From the NCBI RefSeq assembly GCF_006345805.1, contig NC_043021.1:18972001-19036000 (forward strand): a stretch of 64,000 nt of DNA, written 5' to 3'. The first letter of the stretch is position 1, and the number at the start of each line of letters is the position of its first letter. The translations under genes were made by a program, and so were the position numbers. The DNA is from Octopus sinensis. Its lineage: Eukaryota. A model generated the notes under the pieces. The model ran no database searches and was not told where the DNA came from. It worked only from the letters and a program-made list of their open reading frames with translations. Positions 39,293 to 53,304 of this stretch are shown here, one piece after another.

Positions 39293-39598
39293 ATTTGCTA
39301 TTACTTTCTGATGCTTCTTCTTTCAGCTGTGATGTTTGTTTTTTAATGTTTCAAATCTCTTCTCAGAATGTTTCTAATGTTCTCTCCTCTTTGCTTCTTT
39401 CTCTTTCTCTTGTCCCACCCCCACCTCTCACTCTCTCCTCTCTCTCTCTTCTTTCTCTTTCTCTCTCTCTCTCTCTCTTTCCCCAAAAGGTAATCATCGG
39501 TTGAAATTTCAAAGACGAGGTAAATTCTTTTTACCTGTTAACATGGTTTGTTTTCTCTTACACCTTCTCACTTCATTTCTTTATATATAGTCATATAT

Positions 39599-39642
<44 letters not shown>

Positions 39643-39695
39643 TTATACACACACACACACGGATATATATATACACTTATTCATATATATATATA

Positions 39696-40079
39696 TCTCT
39701 CTATATATAAACGGCAGTTTGTCTGTGCGTGTTTCTGTGTGTCTGTTTGCTTGTACCCTCACCCTGACCACGGCTTTCAACCGATTCTGATGAAACTTGA
39801 CACACACATAGCCCAATGTCATAATTCAAAACTAACACAGCGAAAATTTTGAAAAGTTCCCCCAGTTCTGAAAAAAATCCATAAATTCGACATGGGGTCG
39901 AGAATCAGAAACACGAACCACAAACTGTCTAGGGGACGCAACTCCACCTTTTTTAAATCTCAAAAAAAATTTACCATCATTTTTTTCCATTTTTTTGCTA
40001 TTTTTTGGCTATAACTCTCTAAAAATGCTTTATAATTATTTCCCTTACAAACCTGAGCAACGCCGGGCGATACTGCTAG
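39696..40079 (+). mobile_element. Non-autonomous Helitron (384 bp)
   Basis: A|TC start, CCTGAGCAACGCCGGG hairpin 40052-40067, CTAG|T end. Confidence 0.85.
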
Positions 40080-41922
40080 TATATATATATATGCACTCAC
40101 ACACATAGATATACTTTTTTTTAAACAGAAGTATGAATGCATGAGCATGTATGGGCGTATATGAGTATGCATACATGTATGTATGTTTGTGTGCATGTGT
40201 GTGTATATAGATAGATAGATAGATATTACGTATGTCTAGATACGAATACACACACAAGGGTGTGCATGTTTGTTTGTGTGTGTACACACATACATATGTG
40301 TATACATATATCTCACTTGAAAGTGCCAATGACATGCTCTCTGGGTTCGAATGATAGACCCCTTATTTTGATAGAACAATTTCACTACTTTGGTACATTG
40401 CGCAGTGCCATATTTTTCCAAAATTAATTTCAATGACCTGGTCCATAAAATCCTCAAAAAGAAAAGAAAAATATCAAAAACTAAAAGAATTCTGCCGAGG
40501 TCGACTTTGCCTTTCATCCTTTCGGGGTTGATTAAATAAGTACCAGTTACGCACTGGGGTCGATATAATCGACTTAATCCGTTTGTCTGTTCTTGTTTGT
40601 CCTCTCTGTGTTTAGCCCCTTGTGGGTAGTAAAGAAATAGGTATTTAGTCTCTCTTTACGTTCTGAGTTCAAATTCCGCCAAGGTTGACTTTGCCTTTCA
40701 TCCTTTCGGGGTCGATTAAGTAAGTACCAGTTACACACTGGGGTTAATGTAATTGACTTAATCCCTTTGTCTGTCCTTGCTTGTCCCATCTATGTTTAGC
40801 CCCTTGTGGGTAATAAAGAAATATATTTTTTTTACTCAGAACGTATGAAACAAGGGCTAATTAAAAGTCTGAAAACAGGCTTGGATGTTTGGACAAAATT
40901 ATGAAGATGCTTTGGAGAGGCAAAGGGTCAATCATCATCATCATCATTTAACGCCCATTGTCCATGCTTGCATGGGTTGGATGGTGTGACCAGAGCTGTC
41001 AAGCTGCACCAGACTCCAGTCTGATTTGGCATGGTTCCTACGACTGGTTGCCTTTCCTAATGCCAACCACTTTACAGAGTGTCCTGGGTGCTTTTACGTG
41101 GCACTGCTTTTATGTGGTACCATTATGGGTGCTTTATACAACCAGAATACAATCCGAACGTGGCCATTGCCAGCGCCGCCCTGACTGCCTCTGTGCCAGT
41201 GGCATGTAAAAAGCACCATCCGATCGTGGCTGTTGCCAGCCTCGCCTGGCCTCCGTGCCAGTGGAACGTAAAAAGCACCATCCGATCATGGTCGTTTGCC
41301 AGCCTCGTCTGGCACCTGTGCCGTTGTTGGCGTTAGGAAGGGCATCCAGCCGTAGAAACATTGCCAGATCAGACTGGGCCTAGTGCAGCCTTCTGGCTTC
41401 CCAGACCCCAGTTGAACCGTCCAACCCATGCTAGCATGGAAAGCGGATGCTAAACAATGATGATGATCATGAGAAGGATCAGTCTTAACACTTCTGCTGC
41501 AGGGGACGGGGTCTTGAGTACAGCCAAGTGCCAGATGTCGTGGTCCTTTGTCATCTGTTTCTTAGAGAGCTTTTACCAGAGGAAATTCCCTCCATTTTGT
41601 GCACAATTCTTCTGGCTCCCAGCTTCAGTAACGCAGCAGACACTACATCTATTAAACTATTTAATTTCTAATTCATTTTAATTTGCGTAGTTTCACTTTC
41701 AAATTATATCATTTACAAATGTATAACTGATTAATATCATATATATCTATGTGTCTGTATGTATGTATGTGTGTATGTGTGTGTATACATGTGTGTGTAT
41801 GTATATATATATATATGTGTGTGTGTGTGTATATGCATGTACATATATGTGTGTATATATGTATATGTATGAATGTATACACATTTACATCACTTAGCTT
41901 TTAGTTATATATGTGTGTGTGT

Positions 41923-41953
<31 letters not shown>

Positions 41954-42242
41954 AGTTAGTTTCTTTTTTTCTTATATTTTTTCATATTATAATTTTTTTT
42001 TTTTTGCCAAAACTCTTTTTCAGACTTAGTATGCTATTTCAGAATTTGAACCTTTCTTTATATTATATTTTTAATTTCAATTTTCAAAATTTTTTCTTTC
42101 TTTTTTTTTTCTTTTACTCTGACCAAACAAGCACTATTTTCACAATTTTTTTTAGCACTTTTCAATTTAATTATTCAGACAAGCCGAAAGAAAGAAACGA
42201 AGAATTTTATAAAGAAATTCATTGCACTCTGTCATAGTACAC

Positions 42243-42293
<51 letters not shown>

Positions 42294-42513
42294 ATACATA
42301 TATAAATATGTAATTCACCAAAATTAATTTATGAAGGTGTCATTAATTCTATTATTATCCAATGTAACTATTTTAAAAATGATAATAACAGAATCAATGA
42401 CACAGGCGATAGCAGGCCCAAAAATAGCATTAAATAGTCGAGGGATTAAAATTAATAAGAGTTTTGACTGTTATTTCAAGCAAGTAGACATACTTAGTAT
42501 GTCCTTTGATTAA

Positions 42514-42561
<48 letters not shown>

Positions 42562-42567
42562 AATCTT

Positions 42568-42848
42568 TAGATTCAGATGAATATGGTACCTAAGTTGAGG
42601 CACCAGAATTTAGTACAGTATTATCCATACAATTTCAAAGTAAGGTGATTAAAATCAAAATAAGCAACAAGGATATCCTGAGGTAATGCAGTACGATCGT
42701 TTCATGCGACTCCATTTAATTGAACAATGTAATTATTACATCAATCTGCATTTTAAATTGATGTAATGATTACATTGTTCAATTAAATGGAGTTGCATGA
42801 AACAATCGTACTGCATTACCTCTGGATATCCTTGTTGCTTATTTTGAT
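42568..42848. repeat. Fold-back element (arms 42654-42848) of the long-stem-II hammerhead family
   Basis: Near-identical to 61159-61345; GAAAC(G/A)ATCGTA^CTGC on both strands; flanked by (TA)n. Confidence 0.85.
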
Positions 42849-44579
42849 ATAAATATATATATATATTATCTTCAGTTTAACTTCTTTGCTTATATTACTA
42901 GCTCTGTCATCACCCCATTGGAGGGTGTTATTGGGTTTTTGTTCATGGAATAGGTACAGGTTTGATGTGCAATATTTATTAGGTGTCATTTGGATGATAT
43001 CTGTGTGTGTGTGTGTGTTGAAGGAGAAAGAACAAGAATGAGTAGTTTGGTCTGCATAAGAGTATGTGTAATTAGAAGTGACAACAGACACATTAATGTA
43101 CAGGAAGAGATGTAGTAACTAACGATTTACCATCGAGCTCTTTGAAATTCTTGAAAGGTGTGAGTGACATGCATGAACAGAAAGTGTTGAAGCTCAGAGA
43201 AAATAGATGGACTTAAGATGTTGGAGAAGTTGTTTGTTAAACTGTTTCCTTTATTTTTGAGATGTTGGGAATAGGGGTGATGGATCAATGATTGACGGAG
43301 TGAGAGAGGTTACCATTTATCATTTTGAGATGAAACCCACTGTAGCATGTTTCCTGAGATTGAAATTTAAGGCCATCCAGCTGTAGAAACCATGCCAAAT
43401 CAGACTGGTGGCTGGTGTAGCCTTCCAGTTCGCCAGCCCTGGTCAAACTGTCCAACCTGTGCCAACATGGACAATGGAAGTTAAATGATGATGATGATGA
43501 GGGAGAGAAAAAGAGATTGAAGAGTTTTGTGGTAGAGTTAGGAGATATCTGAAGAGGGAACTGTTTGAGGCTGTTGGAAGAGACAATGTCAGGGCAAGTG
43601 GCTTTGCTGGTCTGAAACAACCAGATGGGTTTCCACACTTGCTGCATATGTGTTGTTGAGGTGGTGGAAAGTAGAAAGAGTCAAATAGGTTTTTTGTGTT
43701 TATAAGGAGTTGGATGCAAAGTGGGTCATATATGAAGTTTTTTCTGTGTATGATTGAGGAGTGTGAGAAAATGATGAAGAGATTGCAGAGGGGCCGGAGA
43801 ATCTAGCTACAGTTTATAAGGTTAACCTTGCAAGCTGCACAATGCATGAAGGCATCTTTCGCACTTCTTGGTTAGTAGTCTTGAAGAAGCTGCAACAGTT
43901 GATAATAAAAATAACGTAACTAGTTAGTAGGTGTGATGGTGATATTATCCAGGTGTTATAGGCCTTACCCTTCACCTGGATTGCTTCAGCACAGTTGCTT
44001 CTGAACCATTTGTGTGATTTGGGAATTGTGAACTTTAGGTGTGTTTGTGAGAGATGGGAAGGTTTTGCAGATGAATTTGGTCACTTGCTTAGGTGTATAT
44101 TTCTTTATTGCCCCCAAGGGGCTAAACATAGAGGGGACAAACAAGGACAGACGAACGGATTAAGTCAATTACATCGACTCCAGTGCGTAACTGGTACTTA
44201 ATTTATCGACCCCGAAAGGATGAAAGGCAAAGTCGACCTCGGCAGAATTTGAACTCACAACGTAACGGCAGACGAAATACAGCTACGCATTTCGCCCGGC
44301 ATGCTAACGCTTCTGCTAGCTCGCCGCCTTAGGTGTAGCAGGCAGATGAAAGGTGAAGGACATTTGCTGCCAGTGATAGCATAAAAATCAACAGAGCAAC
44401 TGACCAGTTAGTCTATATTTGGAAGGTGGGAATGTTATGTAATACGGGGATGTGTGAAGATGGATAACCTTTTGTTGTTTAGTCCTAGAGTAGCTGTGAC
44501 AAAGTAGTCCTGTGATCAATGGTATTTCAGTTGAAACCATCCCACAATTTATTCAGACTTGCGTCACCTTACTAGCACT

Positions 44580-44915
44580 TGTGCTGGTGGCACGTGGAAA
44601 AAACATTCAAGCGAGGTCGTTGCCAGTGTCGCTGGACTGGCTCCTGTGCAGGTGGCACATAAAAAGCACCATTTGAGCGTGGCTGTTGCCAGTACCACCT
44701 GACTGGCCCTCGTGCCGGTGGCACGTAAAAGCACCCACTACGCTCTTGGAGTGGTTGGCGTTAGGAAGGGCATCCAGCTGTAGAAACACTGCCAGATCAA
44801 GATTGGAGTCTGGTGCAGCCATCTGGTTCGCCAGACCTCAGTCAAATCGTCCAACCCATGCTAGCATGGAAAGCGGATGTTAAACGACAACGACGACGAT
44901 GATGATGATGATGAT
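44580..44915 (+). mobile_element. Interspersed repeat family D ending in a (GAT)n tail
   Basis: GTTAGGAAGGGCATCCAGCTGTAGAAAC...CATGCTAGCATGGAAAGCGGA(C/T)GTTAAAC(GAT)n; copies near 18625-18815, 19449-19860, 22661-22932, 30941-31092, 40931-41465, 43370-43500, 62272-62495. Confidence 0.8.
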
Positions 44916-46959
44916 GATAATTATGATGGTGTATTCAAGACTTAGGATCTGATATATCCTTTTTTTTACCCTTTTACTGTGGAAGCCAGTTATACCCACT
45001 CAAAATTTCATTACCCTTATCTTTAGAAAGCAGTTTTATTTACCAGTCTATCTTTGGTTGAGGAATGCCATGTTTGAGGTTATTTCCTGTTGAAATATAT
45101 TGCGTTCAATGAAACAATGTAATTTGCAGAAAATACCAATTCTATTTCTTGGAACTATTTAACATCATTACTGGAATAACCATGAAGTTTAATTTTGCAG
45201 TTAAAGGGTCATGGTTGTATGATATAATATCCGAGGGAGTTTTGGTTGCTATTTTTAGCACATCAGGCTATCATGTAATACTGAGGTTTAGTTGTTGTCT
45301 TTTAAGAATGGTAAAACGGTTGGATCCCATTTTGTTTTGATATGGTGGTATGTGAAATGAGGGAGATTTATTTGTTATTTTTAGGAGTTTGTGTGGTCAT
45401 ATAGAGCAAGAATGAAGAACCCGTTGAGTACAAAGGGAAGCTTTTAGGGCATAAGTAACTATAAGGGTCCATTTATTCCGGGGGAAACAGCAAATCTAAG
45501 TTTACAAATTCATGCCTAACTCCAATTACCTCTTTTAGTTTTCATGAGGTTTTTTAGGGACTTTTTTCAGGGACTTTTTTTAGGGTGTAATTTCAAATTT
45601 GAATACAGGTGAAATTTTGCCCTTGGATGACGGATTGTGGGGTGGGAGGGTAATGGGGTTCATCTCCCAATGTAGGGGCTTCTTTAGTGACTTGTCGAGA
45701 GAGAAGGACCAATTTGTGCATGTGCATCTTTAGATTATCTTTTTCTTCATCTTTTTAGATTTGACATTAATTCCAAGATTATTTTTGCATTCTTTTTCAT
45801 TCTCTTTTTTACTTCAGATTTTTGTCATGAGGCTGCCTGATTCCTTTTTGTCGTTTTCTCTCTCTCTTTTTTTTTTTTTTTTTTTTTGCATGTTAATTGG
45901 GCATTGCAGCGAATATAGCATTGTTTAGTTTAGTGTAGTAGTCAGCATATACTTGTATATATATGTATGTAGTTTATAATTCATTAAGTGTACTAATTAC
46001 TAGTTAATTTGGTACACTGCTGAAGTAACAAAAGTTTGGCAGCAGTGAAACTACAAGAAATTCCTGAAAGAAACCATTTCATAAATTTTTTTTTTAACTT
46101 TTTGATTAATTTTTTTTTACACACCTGAAGATGTCAAAGCAATGAGTAACAAAGGTTTGGACTATATACCTATATGCCTTCACAAATTCATGTATGTACC
46201 GGTAATAATTATGAAAATTACACATATTATTTAGAAAATTCTAAAAGCCACAAACTGCGTAATTTCTTTTAAAATTGTAATTTTTATAAATTCTTTGATT
46301 GTTAATGTGATGTAGAGTCAACATGTGGAAGATTCTCTCTTAGGTGAGATATTCTTTACTATACACTTGTGATTTCTTCTCTCTCGAGACTTGTTGTCTT
46401 CTGTTTTTTTGTTTTTTTATATTTGTATCAAAAAGTAAACGTTTTTTAACTATGAAATGAAATGAAATTGAAGACTTGCTCTATCTACAGTTTGACTATA
46501 TTGCTTACATTTTAACAAATCTTAATATGTTATGCTACATTTTTAGTTTCATATCAGAGTAAAGTCCATTTGGTTGAACATATGATCTTGCTCCGACAAT
46601 ACATGTCTAAATATCTGTCCATCCATCCATCCGTCTGTCTGTCTGTCTGTCTGTCTGTTCGTTCATCCATCCATCAATTTATCTGTCTATCCATCATCAT
46701 CATCATCATCATCATCACCGTCATAGCATCCACTTTTCCATGCTGGTGTGGGTCGGACAGAATTTGTTAGGGCAGGTTTCCTACAGCAGGATGCCCTTCC
46801 TGTTGCCAACACTCACATTTCCGAGTTAGGTAAATATTTTCCGCATCACCAAAACTGTCTCGAAAGATTTGAGGCAACAGACACCACTTGCATTGACAGG
46901 GGCACTCATTTACAGCTATCATGTGATATCAAGGAAAGGAGACACTAATACACACACAC

Positions 46960-47014
<55 letters not shown>

Positions 47015-47957
47015 ATATCATACATGCATATACATGTATACATGGTAGGCCTCCTCCAGCCTCCATCCAATAAATCCACTCACAGAAAGTCACAAGGCCT
47101 TGGTCGACCCTGGACTACAGCAGAAGACACCTGACCAGAGTTCCAAACAGTGAGATTGAACCCAAAAGCAATATGGTTGGGAAACAAACCTCCTTACCAC
47201 ATGACCACACCTGCACCTCTCCATCCATCCATCCATCCATCTATCATCTATATCTGCTTAGTTCTTTATCTGTTCATCTATCTATCCATCTGCCATTCCA
47301 TCTCAAAGAACAGACCCACCGTTTCCTCTGTGTACCGTAAAAGGCAACTGAAAGAGATTGAGGCAGGATGCATGTGTGTACATGTGTATATATCTATGTA
47401 TGTATGTAAGAGAGCCTGATTGTACGCATGGTACGTGCGTGTGTGTATGTATGAGTGTATATAAGAGAGCCGGCCTGTATAAACGACCGTGTCCTATGTA
47501 AAGGGTTTTGTCCATTCTCTGCCATCTCCATCTTCTTCTTTTAGGCATATTGCAGAACTTTGTAGCTTGTTCTCGATCCTTAGGTAAGGCGCCACTTCAA
47601 GTTTCACTTCACAGCATCTTTCTGCAGTCTTGTCTCGGTCAATCTGTTCGTGAAGTCTCTCTCTCTCTTTCTCACACACACATACACACACACACACATA
47701 CACACGATTAATTGCATCCTGGAAAATGTCACCACATGCAATCACAGTGCATCCAAGAATTCTGATGCAGTTTCCAGTAATGTCAAACTGGTTGGTTGTT
47801 GTTGCATTAGGCATTGGACGGTACCGGCTGGAGAATGGTAGAAAGGGAGTAGACCAAGTGTCTATGTACACCTACTTTGCATGTACACATATATATATAT
47901 AAATGTGTGTGTATTTTTGTGTGTGAGTATATGTATATATATGCACATATGTATGTA

Positions 47958-47997
<40 letters not shown>

Positions 47998-48105
47998 TAT
48001 GTATGTATGTATGTATATATTTATATGTATATATATATATATATATGTATATAAATATGTATATATATATATATGTATATATATGTATATGTATATATAT
48101 GTATG

Positions 48106-48138
<33 letters not shown>

Positions 48139-49024
48139 GTATATATATATATGTATATATATCTAAATATACACACATACTTATACATGTATACATACAC
48201 ACACTCGCACACATGTATGTATGTGTGTGTATATATATATATATGTTTATATACATAAATATATATGTATGTGTGTATATATATGTGTGTGTGTGTGTGT
48301 ATGTATATATACATAAATATGTGTGTGTGTGTTTGTATGTATATATACATAAATATAAGTGTGTGTGTATATATACATAAATATGTATGTATGTGTTTGT
48401 ATGTATATATACATAAATATTTGTGTGTGTGTGTGTATATATATATATATGTAACTGAAGCATAATGGACGGTTGCACCTGTTTTCTTTCTTTATTCCTT
48501 TTACCTGATTGTTGTTTATGACAAAGCATGCCCAAACGTGCATGCGATACAGCTGTTTGTCACATTACAACTGTGAGTCAACACATCTGTTCGTTGCTGA
48601 CATTACAGAAGACTCACCTCACATCTGTTGTCTATCATATTACATCTGGAATCCTTACATCTGGTGTGCCTGTCTCTATGCATCTATGATCTTACAATCT
48701 AATCTCAATACATCTGTGTATCTCTAACATTACATACAACCAAGACTCAATACGTTTGATTTATGTCACATTTTTATGACTGTGAATCACTCCAGTCTGT
48801 TTGTGTAGTACATTTTAAAAATTGAGTCATGGTACCATCTGTTCATTTTCCACAGATCACCATGTGGTTCAATACATCTGTTGCCTAGTTATTGCTCTAC
48901 AGCTAAGATTAAAAACATCTGCTCATCTTCCACGTTACAGTTGAAACTCAATTGTCTACAAATCTCTCTTGTATCATATGCTACTGTCTTCAAAATTGAA
49001 CGATATGTTTTATAATATATTCTA

Positions 49025-49212
49025 TTGTGTCTGGGGAGAGTCATTTTCTTTTTGTGCCTTATTATGTAACACACTCACTGGTAAAATTTCCACGTTTTTC
49101 TTATTTTTATTGTCCTAAAATTTTCGTTGCGTCTTGCAACCTTTTCAATAGTTTTGACCAACAAGTGCGTTACATAATAAGGCACAAAAAAAATGACTCT
49201 CCCAAGACACAA
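49025..49212. mobile_element. 188-bp MITE with about 50-bp TIRs and TA target (Tc1/mariner type)
   Basis: TA|TTGTGTCTGGGGAGAGTCATTTT ... AAAATGACTCTCCCAAGACACAA|TA. Confidence 0.85.
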
Positions 49213-50324
49213 TAAAATATGCTTCAACACACGAACTCATATAAAGAATCTTGCAAACCAAATCCCAAAACGAAATTTGATAATATAGTTTTTATACACT
49301 TTGCTATGAAAATAGATGGGATGGCTATGGTTTGGTTGTTTTTGACCATGAATCAGCCAGATCGATACTAACTTGGGACCAATACCACCAATATCATCTC
49401 CACTAACAAGAGGCCCAGTACATAGTTACTTGACCTGCTGAAATCATTAATCAAAATCTCCCTCAAATCATATCCTACCATCATAGAAAAAGTAAGGATT
49501 CTGTGAACACTGTACTCTTAGGTACACTTAGAAGTTAAACTTAATATGTCTTCATATAATTAATAGTATGTGGCTGGTGCTCAAGAAATCTACTCATGCT
49601 ATTATAATTGAGACTTACTATCTCTGTTTAATGGTGCTGATAAACTCACAAGTTTGTACACAATACTGTATCAGTCCATCCATTCATTTTTGTTTTTTCT
49701 TTAGCTCACTATTCTGAAAGTGTCTTGGGGATGGAGTCCTAAGGCACTTCCTCCATAGGGTCCTATAAGAAGCACTCTCCTTAGACTTTCCTGCTGGATT
49801 CCCAAGCATAACCGACTGAGGCTATGGATATTATCCAACCATTCATTCTTCATCTACCCTTGGGTCTTCTGTCGGTTGGCTCTGTCTGTTAGAGTCACAT
49901 TACTGCTGTAGTTCTGTACATCTGGTGTCGCTTTACAACTGTATAGAAATATATCTGTTAGTCTCATTTCAGCTGTAGTTCAATTCATCTGGAGTCAGGT
50001 TATAATTGTAGATAAGTCTGTCTGTTAGAATGTTAGAATCACATCATAGAGATAGTACTGTACATCTGGAATCACATTACAACTGTAGACAAGCATATAT
50101 GTCAAGACACATTGCAACCGTAGATCAATACATTTTATTAGAATAACATTGTCTCTGTTAGAAACTCTTTGCAACTGAGATTCTGGTCATACATCTGTTC
50201 ATTTATAGTTGTCAGTCAGTATAAATGTTGGACTTACATTACAGCTTTGGACGAGTATATCTGTTTAAATATCATTATTTCTGTAGTTCAGGGCATAATG
50301 TGTTGGGTCAACATTACTCTTTTA

Positions 50325-50584
50325 CTTGTTTCAGTCATTTGACTGTGGCCATGCTGGAGCACTGCCTTTAGCCGAGCAAATCGACCCCAGGACTTATTCT
50401 TTGTAAGCCTAGTACTTATTCTATTGGTCTCTTTTGCCGAACCGCTAAGTTACGGGGATGTAAACACACCAGCATCGGTTGTCAAGCGATGTTGGTGGGG
50501 GGGACAAACACAGACACACAAGCATATGCACACACACACACACATACATATATATATTTATATATATATATTTATATATATATA

Positions 50585-50638
<54 letters not shown>

Positions 50639-50684
50639 ATATATATATATATAATATATATATATATTTATATATATATATATT

Positions 50685-50723
<39 letters not shown>

Positions 50724-50742
50724 ATATATATATATATATATT

Positions 50743-50780
<38 letters not shown>

Positions 50781-50938
50781 CGGGCTTCTTTCAGTTTCTG
50801 CCTACCAAATCCACTCATAAGGCTTTGGTCAGCCCGAGGCTATAGTAGAAGACACTTGCCCAAGGTGCCACGCAGTGGGACTGAACCCAGAACCATGTGG
50901 TTGGTAAACAAGCTACTCACCACACAGCCACTCCTGCG
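50325..50938 (-). mobile_element. SINE family A with about 250-nt internal TA expansion
   Basis: Full-length reverse copy. Confidence 0.9.
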
Positions 50939-51392
50939 CATATAACCCCTACATCTATAACTCATTATTTCTAATAGCTACAATCCATCACTAGATCAAT
51001 ATGTCACTCTATCATTATCAACCAGGCTATCAGATGTTGCTTTACACCACTGATCACAATGCACTTCCAATTCTTCCTTGATTGTGCCATTTCTTTTTTT
51101 TTCCATCTTGGACCAAAACTGTTTAACTAAATCACCATCCAGCTCCTTGACATGGAAGACATTTGAGTGGCCTTTTCCAGTCTCTTTGATACCACTCTGC
51201 AACTGCATGAGTCCACCTGTTGTCTATGAACCTTTCGGCATTCTACAATCCCATCATTCACTTCCACTCCATCTTTGAATATTGCTCTCGCAATATTATT
51301 TGCATGGATCTTTCCATGGCACAATATATTTTAACATCAATATAGTTTAACATCTGTAGCTCAGTACTTCTGGTAGTCACATTGCAATAGTA

Positions 51393-51958
51393 TTGGGTTG
51401 TCCGGAAAGTTCGTGCCGATTTTTAAAGGAAAGAAAAAGGTCAATAAATACTTGCCATTACATTTTTAATCAACCAAATATGAACCATTTTGTTGCACAA
51501 TGCGTCTCCATCTTTCCTTTAACTTAAAAATGACCCCTTCCCAGAATTGATGTGGTTTCATGGCAAAGAATTCATCAAGGTATCTTTTTACGTCATCCGA
51601 GGAATTGAAATTTTTACTATTAAGACTATTCTGCAGAGACCTGAATAAGTGGAAATCCGAAGGAACAATATCTGGTGAATATAGAGGGTGGGGTAACACA
51701 TCCCAGCCGAGCTGCAGCAATTTTTGTCTGGTTCCCAAAGCATCAAGTGCCGAAAATGAAGTTTCTTATCTTCCATTTTAAAGGGTTACAGAATTAACAC
51801 AGGTTATAGGAACATAAACCTTCTTCCATGAAAAGATAGCTTAAACTGTGCTCTAAATGGAGGTGTAGTCAAATCCTATTTTATGGACTCAACCATGTTC
51901 TAAAATAAGTCGAAAGGTAAGCTACTATAAATCGGCACAAACTTTCCAGACAACCCAA
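51393..51958 (-). mobile_element. Internally deleted mariner (566 bp)
   Basis: 30-bp TIRs (28/30), TA flanks; about 15 N-terminal codons joined to the C-terminal GWDVLPHPLYSPDIVPSDFHLF segment. Confidence 0.93.
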
Positions 51959-52258
51959 TAGATAACGTATTTGGATAACATTATATCACACCAGTGGATC
52001 ACCATATGTATCAGTTTAACATAGCATCTATAATTCCATACCTCTGACAATCACATAACAACAATAGATATATATATTTGATTAACCTTATGTCTGGAGT
52101 TCAGTACCTTTGGTATTAACATTACATCAGTTATTAACTTATTTATTAGGGCAACATTACTCTGTAGACCAATACCAGTGACAGTCGCATTACAGCAATG
52201 GATAATTTATTATATTATTTACATTTTGATGGATTTTGTCCTCATCTTGTTTGTTATT

Positions 52259-52304
52259 AACTCAATGTTTCAGCTGATATACTGTTCTGCTTTCATCAGG
52301 TGTC
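52259..52304 (-). ncRNA. Decayed type I hammerhead in tRNA-headed element (left copy)
   Basis: Minus strand GACAC-CTGATGA-AAGCAG...CAGCT-GAAA-CATT-GAGTT; inferred ancestral GAAACGTT^GTGTT. Confidence 0.6.
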
Positions 52305-52606
52305 TTGGGGAAATTTCGGACCTGGGTTCTCATTCCTAAGGTATTTTTCGATGTTATTATTATTCAGGTCACTGCCTTGAATCTAACTTGGAATCTCTGG
52401 GTTAGTAGCCCATGCTCTTAACCACTACACCTTATGCCCATAGGCATATGGCATGGTGGTTAAGAGCACAGACTACTAAGCCCAAGATTCTGAGTTCAAT
52501 TCCAGGCAATGGCCTGAACAACAACAACAGCAGCAGCAACAGCAACAACAACAACAACATTGAAAAATACCTTTGGAATGAGAATCCAGGTTTGAAATTT
52601 CCCCAA

Positions 52607-52652
52607 GACACCTGAAGAAGGCTGGAGGGTATATCAGCTGAAATTTTATGTT
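52607..52652 (+). ncRNA. Decayed type I hammerhead in tRNA-headed element (right copy)
   Basis: GACAC-CTGAAGA-AGGCTG gagggtatat CAGCT-GAAA-TTTT-ATGTT. Confidence 0.55.
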
Positions 52653-53039
52653 AACAACAAACAAGATGAGGACAAATATCCGTCAAATGTAAGCAATGTA
52701 CTTAATTCCTCATCTCTTAAATATAGAACTGGATAATTTATTAGTTTAACAGTCCATCTATAGCTCAGTATATCTCTCTTTCTGTTCTACACCATCATTT
52801 AACACTTACAGCTCAATACATCTTTGAGAATTACTTTACAGAGGTAAGTCATTACAACCTATAGTTATAGCTAATTAAGTGCTTATGGTTCGTTATATCT
52901 GGTGTAAGTCTTTACCTTTCAAACCTGCTAAAGTAAACTGCCTGAAGACAACACTTTAAAGTAGTCGTCTTCAGTTTTTGCTGGAAAAACACAGAAAATC
53001 ATACAGGAAATCACTTTTTTCTTATTTTCACTTTTTCAT

Positions 53040-53300
53040 CCTCTTTACATATGTATACACACCAACTTATATTTGTATATACACCACATTGTATATGTAT
53101 ACATCGACTTACGTATGACTTACATATGTATACACACCAACTTTATATATGAATGCACCAACTTATATATATATATATATATACACCAACTTATATATGT
53201 ATACACCAACTTATATATGTATACACCAACTTAAATATGACTTTATACATGTATACACACCAACTTTATATATGAAATACACCAACTTAAATATGGCTTA
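53040..53300. repeat. About 20-nt minisatellite TATACACCAACTTATATATG
   Basis: Roughly ten imperfect units; further units at 53598-53670. Confidence 0.85.
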
Positions 53301-53304
53301 TATA

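Larger units (their letters stand above)
52213..52730. mobile_element. Head-to-head inverted dimer of a tRNA-headed, hammerhead-tailed element
   Basis: Arms about 52218-52438 and 52443-52695; A/B-box heads; 13-bp direct repeat GGATAATTTATTA at 52200-52212 and 52731-52743. Confidence 0.72.
48540..52920. repeat. Old degenerate 33-36-nt tandem array interrupted by later insertions
   Basis: Recurring (CA)TCTG..AGTCACATTACAACTGTAG-like units, clearest at 49890-50330. Confidence 0.6.

Noticed and set aside
42900-44100. Possible ancient LINE remnants
   Set aside because: No recognisable RT or endonuclease motif could be read with confidence.
52443-52515. Functional tRNA gene
   Set aside because: Stems are imperfect and the sequence continues into a repeat tail; SINE-type head. 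The same applies to SINE A, B and C heads.
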